A DNA stretch of 64,000 nt from Candidatus Poribacteria bacterium (lineage in GTDB: Bacteria; Poribacteria; WGA-4E; WGA-3G), in assembly GCA_965214095.1 (NCBI GenBank), contig OZ243938.1:2016001-2080000 (forward strand), written 5' to 3'. Of the stretch, positions 60,271 through 64,000 are shown piece by piece. Within the stretch, counting starts at the first letter, position 1. Every line of letters starts with the position of its first letter. A model generated the notes under the pieces. The model searched no databases, had not been told where the DNA came from, and saw only the letters and a program-made list of their open reading frames with translations. The position numbers were made by a program, and so were the translations under genes.

Positions 60271-62820
60271 CTAAGGTGTCTCAGAAAGTATAGAAACTGT
60301 CCCCTTGTTTCCATCGACCTCAATCATCTGTCCATCAACGATATTATCGGTGGCGTTTGGTATGTTAGCAACTGCTGGCACACCATATTCTCTTGCCACT
60401 ACCGCTCCATGAGAAAGCAACCCACCGCGTTCCATTACTAATCCTGCAGCATGCAGGAACAAAGGTGTCCATGCGGGATCTGTAGATGGACATACAAGAA
60501 TGTAATCGCGTTCATCAGGTCGCATATCGGTAGGGTTCAAAAGCACCCGTGCGTTTCCCTTTGCAACTCCTGCCGAAACACTCACGCCTATATAAGTATC
60601 CGCTACTTCAGTTGACTGCGATGTGCCGATATCATCCAATGAATCGCTAAAAATCACATCCGGCAGAGAAATCTGTAGCAAAAGTTCACGTTGTGCCTTA
60701 CGTTCAGCAATAACATCACCGAAACCTTCACCATTAATTAGTTGAGACAGTTCATCTGGCACAAGATAGAAAATTCCATCGTTTAGTTGATAACGTCTAT
60801 CCAATTCCACCAAAGCACGTCGTATCTGTTCATATCCGAGCATAAGGTGAAATTTCGCTGTTTCACGAAAAGGCATATACCGCCTTGTAAAATCCAACTC
60901 ACTCTCTACCTGCTTCCGTAATCCTACCTTTTTATTTAATATCTCATTGAGTTCTTTTTCTGCTGTATCCCGTTGCTCAATTTGTCGTGTGTGATATTGA
61001 CTATTATCTTCGTTGTCCACATCCGTTTGTTGAGAAAGAGATGTAATTATCTGTTCTATGTATTCTGTATCTTCTCGCCACCGTGGTTGTGCCAATTCAA
61101 ACTCATTCACCGCACGGTGTCCATAGTCCTTCAGAAAATCAGAAAGCGATATATCACCAGTTCCTACCTCTCGTAATCTCTCATTGGTTTCAACTGTGAG
61201 ATTACCGGAACCACCGCTAATCAGTCTACTTGCAAGGTTCTTTGCTGCTGTTTCATCAACACATTTTAGTAGGGCTGCTTCCAACCGTTGAAGTGAAAAA
61301 GCAGCAAGGACAGTGGCAATAAGTGCCTTCGGAGCAAAATCATCCAATGTTTTCTCACACCATCCTTCAAACTTTGTGACCAATTCTTCATCTGAAAGTT
61401 TAGTATAATCCAGTTTTTGTTCTATCTGGACATCTACTTGAAACTGTGGAAAGACCTCTGTTGTCAACTCCTGATCAAAATCTGAGCGAAACTTTCTCAA
61501 ACGTAATTCTGCATTTGTCATACGTATGATGTAGAGAGGAAGTTTGAACCAGAATGCGGGAGTGCTATACTTAATATTCAATGCTGCTTGTGCATACATC
61601 GCTGTTTGTGGGTGCTCCTTCAGAGCTGCAAAATCATGCACCAACGGACAGCCCTCAAAGAAAAGTTCTGACTCACGGTTCAGGTTAACATAGATTCTGC
61701 CGCAAATCAGGTCCAGTATACCCAATCTGTCTACCTGTTTACTTGGAAAAAACCCTAAATCACGGTATGCTTTGCCTAAGCCACCGATCCCCGACATGAA
61801 ACGATTCATTATTTCCCATGTCATCGGCAACGGAGTAGGTAATACCTCAGCAAGATTATGATGACTCCAGACTGTTCCGTGAGGATCAATGAGTGTTTTC
61901 AGTGCCTGAATCTCAGACTCCTGGAGTTTTGCGATTTCTTCCTCACTGTTTTCTTCTGAAATCTGTTGCTGTGGATGTGTTGTGATTGACCTTGCTTGTA
62001 ATAAAACAAACTTTCCATCCGAAAGTGCCCACTCTATATCCATCGGCTGTCCATAGAGCCGTTCAACTTTAAGACCGAGTTGTGTCAATTCTTCTAACTG
62101 TAAATCGTTTAGACTTGGCATATCCTGCTGCTCAGTTGATACTTCACTCACACCAGATGACGTTATCATCTCATGTTTTGTTGCGACAGTTCTCTGCAAT
62201 ACCTCACCAGTTTCCCGTGAGATTAGGAAACTGTCCGGTGTGATGTCTCCTGATACAACCGATTCCCCTAATCCCCAATTCGACTCAACAATACTGGCGT
62301 TTTCATTGAAGGGACTGACAGTGAAAAGCACACCGGAAACATCCGCCTGACACATCTCTTGGATAACAACCGCCATCGCCAAACCCTCATCGGAAATACC
62401 TTGTGTGCGACGGTAAGCAATTGCACGTTCTGACCAAAGCGATGCCCAACACCCCTTTACAGCCTCTAATAGTCCGTCTGTTTGGACATTCAAAAAGGTA
62501 TCTTGTTGTCCAGCAAAACTTGCCGTTTCCAAATCCTCAGCAGTCGCACTGGAACGTACTGCAACAGTATCAGTTAACAGTTCTTCACGCGCTTGCTGAA
62601 TGGATTCAATCACATCTGTTTCTAACGTTATTGCTTTTACACTACTAACATTCTGTTTAGATAAGTTCTCAACAGAACTACGGTAAGCATCTGTCGTGAT
62701 GCAGAAACCTGATGGAACTTGGAAGCCAGCCTTCGTCAATTTCCCAAGATTTAGACCTTTACCACCGACAAGCAGCAAGTCATCTTCGTCAATCTCTGAG
62801 AATCGTTTGATAAATTGCAT
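60271..62820 (-). CDS. PEP-utilising dikinase-like protein (ATP-grasp, central domain, His swivel; rifamycin-phosphotransferase-like layout)
   Basis: VGGKGLNL, AVRSSATAED..SFAGQQDT, DIEWA..LLQAR, C-terminal GGLLSHGAVVAREYGVP; start placed at MQFIKRF (the ORF track extends to 62919). Confidence 0.85.
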   Translation of the reverse strand: MQFIKRFSEIDEDDLLLVGGKGLNLGKLTKAGFQVPSGFCITTDAYRSSVENLSKQNVSSVKAITLETDVIESIQQAREELLTDTVAVRSSATAEDLETASFAGQQDTFLNVQTDGLLEAVKGCWASLWSERAIAYRRTQGISDEGLAMAVVIQEMCQADVSGVLFTVSPFNENASIVESNWGLGESVVSGDITPDSFLISRETGEVLQRTVATKHEMITSSGVSEVSTEQQDMPSLNDLQLEELTQLGLKVERLYGQPMDIEWALSDGKFVLLQARSITTHPQQQISEENSEEEIAKLQESEIQALKTLIDPHGTVWSHHNLAEVLPTPLPMTWEIMNRFMSGIGGLGKAYRDLGFFPSKQVDRLGILDLICGRIYVNLNRESELFFEGCPLVHDFAALKEHPQTAMYAQAALNIKYSTPAFWFKLPLYIIRMTNAELRLRKFRSDFDQELTTEVFPQFQVDVQIEQKLDYTKLSDEELVTKFEGWCEKTLDDFAPKALIATVLAAFSLQRLEAALLKCVDETAAKNLASRLISGGSGNLTVETNERLREVGTGDISLSDFLKDYGHRAVNEFELAQPRWREDTEYIEQIITSLSQQTDVDNEDNSQYHTRQIEQRDTAEKELNEILNKKVGLRKQVESELDFTRRYMPFRETAKFHLMLGYEQIRRALVELDRRYQLNDGIFYLVPDELSQLINGEGFGDVIAERKAQRELLLQISLPDVIFSDSLDDIGTSQSTEVADTYIGVSVSAGVAKGNARVLLNPTDMRPDERDYILVCPSTDPAWTPLFLHAAGLVMERGGLLSHGAVVAREYGVPAVANIPNATDNIVDGQMIEVDGNKGTVSILSETP

Positions 62821-62921
62821 ATTCTTAGAATACCTACTGAAGATGGAGATAAGTTGCATTAGTATAGCAGCGTCATTGTGATGGACGCAAGTGGGATTTG
62901 AAGGTTCATAATCATCCAAAT

Positions 62922-62950
62922 TTGCAATACCCTTTCAGATATGTTAAAAT
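62922..62950 (+). promoter_or_regulatory. Putative promoter of leuB
   Basis: TTGCAA-N17-TAAAAT with extended -10 TG. Confidence 0.4.
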
Positions 62951-62992
62951 ATATGGAGTCCATTAGTCTGACACAATCTTTGGAGGGAATAT

Positions 62993-64000
62993 ATGTATAA
63001 AATAGGTCTTATCCCAGGAGACGGAATTGGCCCCGAAGTGACACGCGAAGCAATGAAAGTCTTCGGGGCGGCTGCACAACAAGAAGGCATACAATACGAA
63101 ACAGTTGAATACGATGTCGGTGGAGAAAGATATCTGGCGACAGGAGAAGTCCTACCTAATTCCGTACTTGAAGAACTACGTGAACTTGATGCAATTTATC
63201 TTGGAGCCATCGGACATCCCGATGTTAAACCGGGGATTTTGGAAGAAGGTATATTACTAAAAGTTCGATTTGAACTTGATCTCTACATCAATCTACGTCC
63301 TGTTAAACTCTATCCAGGCGTTCCAACACCTTTGAAGGACAAAGGACCAGAAGATATTGATTTCATCATCGTCCGTGAAAATACAGAAGGACTTTACGCA
63401 GGAATCGGTGGGTTTTTGAAGCGCGGCACTAAAGATGAAGTCGTAATGCAAGAGATGATCAACACATATAAAGGTGTTGAGCGATGTGTCCGCTATGCGT
63501 ATGAACTCACGCAAAAAAGGAACAAGACGAATACACTAACTCTCTGTGATAAAGCGAACGTCCTAACTTATGCTCATGATCTGTGGAGACGAGTCTTTGA
63601 CGAAGTCGGAGAAGATTACCCAGATATTAAAAAAGAATACGCTTTCGTTGATGCAACGACAATGTGGATGGTCAAAAATCCTGAATGGTTTGATGTGATT
63701 GTCACTTGTAACATGTTTGGTGACATCATCACGGACCTTGGCGCAATGATACAAGGCGGTATGGGGGTTGCAGCTTCCGGTAATCTAAACCCTGAGAGCG
63801 TTGCGATGTTTGAACCGATCCACGGTTCTGCCCCACGTTACACCGGCAAGAACCAGATTAACCCTATTGCAGCCATAGGTGCAGCTGGAATGATGCTTGA
63901 CCATCTTGGTCACGCGGACGCAGCAAATAGAGTCGAAAAATCTATCTCAGACTTACTCGCAAGTGGAAAAATAAAAGACCTCGGAGCTGGCAGAATGGGT
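62993..64000 (+). CDS. leuB: 3-isopropylmalate dehydrogenase (isocitrate/isopropylmalate family), runs off the window
   Basis: Manual translation [16 protein letters not shown]...NLRPVKL...VRENTEG...NMFGDIITD...FEPIHGSAP; GGAGGG RBS; not in the ORF track because no stop falls in the window. Confidence 0.8.
   Translation, partial: MYKIGLIPGDGIGPEVTREAMKVFGAAAQQEGIQYETVEYDVGGERYLATGEVLPNSVLEELRELDAIYLGAIGHPDVKPGILEEGILLKVRFELDLYINLRPVKLYPGVPTPLKDKGPEDIDFIIVRENTEGLYAGIGGFLKRGTKDEVVMQEMINTYKGVERCVRYAYELTQKRNKTNTLTLCDKANVLTYAHDLWRRVFDEVGEDYPDIKKEYAFVDATTMWMVKNPEWFDVIVTCNMFGDIITDLGAMIQGGMGVAASGNLNPESVAMFEPIHGSAPRYTGKNQINPIAAIGAAGMMLDHLGHADAANRVEKSISDLLASGKIKDLGAGRMG

Noticed and set aside
63293-63754. 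Two minus-strand ORFs at the right edge
   Set aside because: Antisense to the leuB frame starting at 62993.

Overview
A 64-kb bacterial chromosomal window. The gene content (internalin-like LRR proteins, WD40/TPR proteins, PhyH-family dioxygenases, DUF1501 plus planctomycete-cytochrome/DUF1549-DUF1553 proteins, FGE-like domains, rhamnose catabolism) suggests Candidatus Poribacteria or a similar sponge-associated lineage; this is inference only. Recognisable housekeeping or metabolic genes are bioF, rpiA, rhaI, lon and leuB (partial). The most notable structure is in the mobile and non-coding DNA. (1) An ISKra4-family IS at the left edge, missing from the ORF track, and a 269-bp MITE 48 kb away with the same 21-bp TIR and an 8-bp target duplication. 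(2) A dead AAA-ATPase gene carrying two head-on IS200/IS605-type insertions 45 bp apart: one encodes an intact TnpB (target motif TTTAA); the other is a 332-bp protein-free element with a near-consensus sigma70 promoter driving a putative stand-alone guide RNA. (3) A modular family of TATAG-ended MITEs carrying GTAG-type REP hairpins, one copy with a nested insertion and a 58-bp tandem expansion. Other candidates are a translationally coupled TIR + FRG-TPR operon (possible NAD-based defence system) and two tandem PhyH-fold enzymes with a halogenase-like HxA iron motif. No rRNA, tRNA or CRISPR array was recognised. All family calls come from motif recognition, not database searches.
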